Assembly (NCBI GenBank): GCA_000934665.2
Contig: JYFJ02003505.1
Coordinates: 1 to 40,883 of the forward strand
DNA: 40,883 nt
Direction: 5' to 3'
Origin: Catajapyx aquilonaris
Lineage: Eukaryota
This document shows, one piece after another, positions 37,701-40,883 of the stretch. Each line of letters begins with the position of its first letter. Within the stretch, counting starts at the first letter, position 1. Below the pieces are notes generated by a model, which saw only the letters and a program-made list of their open reading frames with translations, had not been told where the DNA came from and searched no databases. The position numbers and the translations under genes are program-made.

Positions 37701-39035
37701 GAGTGGTAGGGTTTCAGCCGACAAACACCTCTGATCTTTGGCCTCTAGAGAAGCGTCTTTCACCTTTTGCCCTTGCAAACTTTGGGTCTCTAATATTGAC
37801 CATTTGCCGTGTGTGGAATAGTTTGGCAAAAATTATTTCTGGCAAAATTTTACAGTAATAGATTTGTAACAGTCTTCACTTTTTTCGCAATGTTCATCAT
37901 GTGAATGGAAGACGGTTTTCAATCGAGGCTCCGGATTTCAAAATTGGAGTTCTCAATAGAGGCCGGATTTTATGAACGTCAGTTTGCGACGGGTTTTGGC
38001 AAGGAAATTTCTCAAACCTTGTTATTCATGTATATTTTCGCTCTATTAGGGATTTTGCCATTAATACGACAGATGAGTTAGGCAGAAGCTTTCATGAACC
38101 TTTGAGCTTTCAAGTACTTCACTGTAGAGTTTACACAGGGATATTTCGTACCAATGTAGGGTTTTGTAGGGTTCGGATTTCCTGGAGTCTTGGGGTTTGC
38201 TAATGTTTTGTCGGCTTTGAGCTCTGTAAACGAATTGGCTCTCCAACTCTATGTCAGTGTAGCGTGCCATTTTGGCGTGTTTATCAGCTCTTTTTTAAAA
38301 AAGGAGGGGATTACTCATACCGCGATACATCCGCAGCATGATGGATATTATTTATGAAAAAAAGAGATGCTAATTAGAGGACGGTAATGATATTAACTGT
38401 ATTTTACTAGTCAGAAAAACCGATTTCGTGGCGTGTACAGAGGAAAAGTAGCGTGCTCTCGTTAATTAGCGCTCATACAGTCATACCGGGTGGAACAAAA
38501 GTCAAGATATCGCTATCAATAAAAATTTGGCGTGTGTTCGCGTCTGCTTTATAGTATTATAACCTTCAATGTGGTGATTTGCATGATGCATGAAATTCCT
38601 GGCGACTAGAAGATTATCATTAATCAGTGGCATCATTATACCATATACCTTTAAAGCGAAGCCTGATTACGACAATATCGGCATGACCTCGAATGAAACT
38701 AATATGCATCCTAGTTTAAAAGGTGTTTTGTAACTACATTGTTAAAATAATCACAATGACACCGCCGTAAAAAAAATCACTTGTTACCTAGAAATCCACA
38801 ACATCGTTAAAATGAAATTGAGACCACAGAGGCTTCCACTGCTGACCTTTGTTCCAGCCATATTACATAGGCCATATTTGAAAACCTGAAATTAATGTAC
38901 TGCAATATAACGACTCTTGGAAATGAACTCCCTGCTTGACTATTTCTCCCCCTCTAGTCATTACAGTGACCGACTATTTACACATAGCAACCATGGCTTA
39001 ACGAGTCCCTGCGACAAAGGCCGACGAAAAAGCAC

Positions 39036-39056
39036 GTGTGTGTGTGTGTGTGTGTG
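39036..39056. repeat. (GT)10 microsatellite
   Basis: Direct reading. Confidence 0.95.
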
Positions 39057-40466
39057 ACAAGGACCGTGAATAGAGCGGGCAGGACATGGCAATTTGCATC
39101 TTGGCAACTAACCAATAAGTAATAAACCTCAGCTTCCAACTAGGGTCCCATGAAAAGGGACGGATGTGTCGAGGAGGAGACCATTACTCTATTCATTAGC
39201 GCGTAATTTAATCGATTCAGAAGGCGGACGGGGGTGTTGTATTTTTATTCATCGGACGGGGGCCTCCACTTGATTTAACGCTGTAACACACATAAATAGC
39301 GGAATAGCTCAACGTACGATACCCACCCTCCAAAATCCTGGGTTTTACATAAGTAGGCTACAATTAGGCCCACAATTTATTAGAGATTTCAGGGAGTATG
39401 GCTGGAACGGGTCCAAGGTTGGCTTGCCTTGCAGTTGCGGCTGAGGAAATCCGACCACCAGAATTAGACTTCCTTTTGGGCATTAAGGTCATCACTGGGG
39501 AGGGACCTTATCTGCATCCCACCTTGTTGTGGAGCAGCCAGCCCCCGGAGGAGCAGTCGAGTAAGAAAGATGCTGATGGCCTGTTTGGATATGTAAAGGA
39601 ATCGCAGCTGAAGACATGGAGGCTCGACCACTTGCACTGCTCCTCTTCGGACTGGCCATTGGTGAGTCATGTTCCAGATGAGGCAACAGGTGGCACACAC
39701 GCGCTCTACATTTCAAACATGGCGCTGCCTATGGAACGTATCTGTACAAAATATTTCAAGCGTAACCTGATAGTACATATAGTATATGTTTGTGGCTGAA
39801 AAATATTTTTATAGTACCGGTACATGCATTTATGGAGAAAGTTTTCTAGAAGAGGAACAAAGTTTCGGTGGCTTATTATCCTGAATGTAAGAGTATGTGC
39901 AGGTGTAGAGTGTTCTCAGTTGGAAACTCGAGGAGAATAAACTTTTTGGAACGCAGCTGCTGTTATTGATCGCACAAAGAGATATAGGGAATGGGATACG
40001 CAGATTTTGAACCATATCGAAGGAGGGATGAATTAACTTCTTTTGATTCTGTGGCTTCATGGGGTTTGGAGGGGCTATATTCACTCAATTTTTCTTTTCA
40101 AAAAAAAATAAAAATAAAAAAATCCGATCGCTGGCAGCATCGAAGTGAAGCAAATTCTGAGTGTAATTTCTTGTATCACGGGAAGTTACTTTCGTCAGCA
40201 GCAACTCTTGCTCAATTTTTTCCTGCTGATATTGATAGCGCAACTCGAGAGGACGTCAATAAGACCCATGTCCATTATTATGGTGACCGTTGAATACACG
40301 CTTACATGCCTTCAGTTCAAATCCGGAGCCCCTGCTCGTTCAGCAGACCGACTTCTCGTTAAAACTTTGTAAACACCATAACGAGACCCCAGCATGTTTT
40401 TAGTGGGACCTTGCTTCTTCAGTTCCCAGTATGCTCGCCATATAGTGATTCGTATTTAAATATTAT

Positions 40467-40547
<81 letters not shown>
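40467..40547. repeat. (ATC)27 perfect microsatellite
   Basis: Direct reading. It could be the (GAT)n tail of a minus-strand retroposon, but no body is recognisable. Confidence 0.97.
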
Positions 40548-40791
40548 TCTGCTTATAGTCTAAGTAGAGTACAGTAGCCTACATGTCACGGAAGCGACGC
40601 GTCACGAGCGCCTCTGGCATTTAGTGTAAAAACAACTACTCACGTTCACTATTGTGTACTTTCAGTTGTGTGGAGTTCGCCAGCTCAACGCCGGAAGCCC
40701 CAGAAATTTGCCAAAATTGTTGGAGGAAGGGAAGCTTATGAAGGTTTGTCTTTCTTTTTCTAAGTTAATATGCTCTTTTTAAATTTATATA

Positions 40792-40878
40792 CAGGGTGGT
40801 CCAACTTTTTTGTCCGAACAGCTATTGACAAATTCGGCCTAAGCTGCTTATGTTGTAGTGCGTTACCTGGCAACCCTG
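40792..40878. mobile_element. Possible DNA-transposon termini near the window edge
   Basis: TA|CAGGGTGGTCCA (Tc1/mariner-like start) at 40792 and CTGGCAACCCTG (hAT/Tip100-like end) at 40867-78. Only a weak inverted match to each other and no TSD. Confidence 0.25.
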
Positions 40879-40883
40879 TCCGG

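Noticed and set aside
39398..39799. 133-aa ORF in a GC-richer patch
   Set aside because: No recognisable family. It could be UTR or TE-derived, but nothing supports a call.

Overview
Eukaryotic genomic DNA, almost certainly arthropod (invertebrate-type dopamine receptor, degenerate TTAGG repeats, tRNA-derived SINE). One protein-coding gene is supported: an invertebrate D1-like dopamine receptor (Dop1R2/DAMB/INDR class GPCR) on the minus strand. It has three phase-consistent GT-AG coding exons (25554-25073, 24271-23872, 23736-23282; 445 codons plus 2 nt, TM1 to TM7). Its C-terminal exon and 5' UTR exons could not be identified. The rest is intronic or intergenic DNA with many small mobile elements and microsatellites: a TSD-flanked 5'-truncated LINE, a TSD-flanked tRNA-derived SINE, a TA-flanked MITE carrying telomere-like repeats, a TTAA piggyBac-type mini element, a hAT-like MITE and a perfect 46-bp-arm palindrome. 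The most notable observation is that the LINE and the SINE end in the same 3' stem-loop architecture with a different inner-stem sequence, suggesting a LINE/SINE partner pair. Also notable are a 3-codon uORF just before the receptor start codon and three trinucleotide tracts of exactly 27 units (probably an assembly cap). I see no evidence for a new multi-gene system; the other ORFs in the track look spurious. Repeat family assignments rest on recalled motifs, not database searches.
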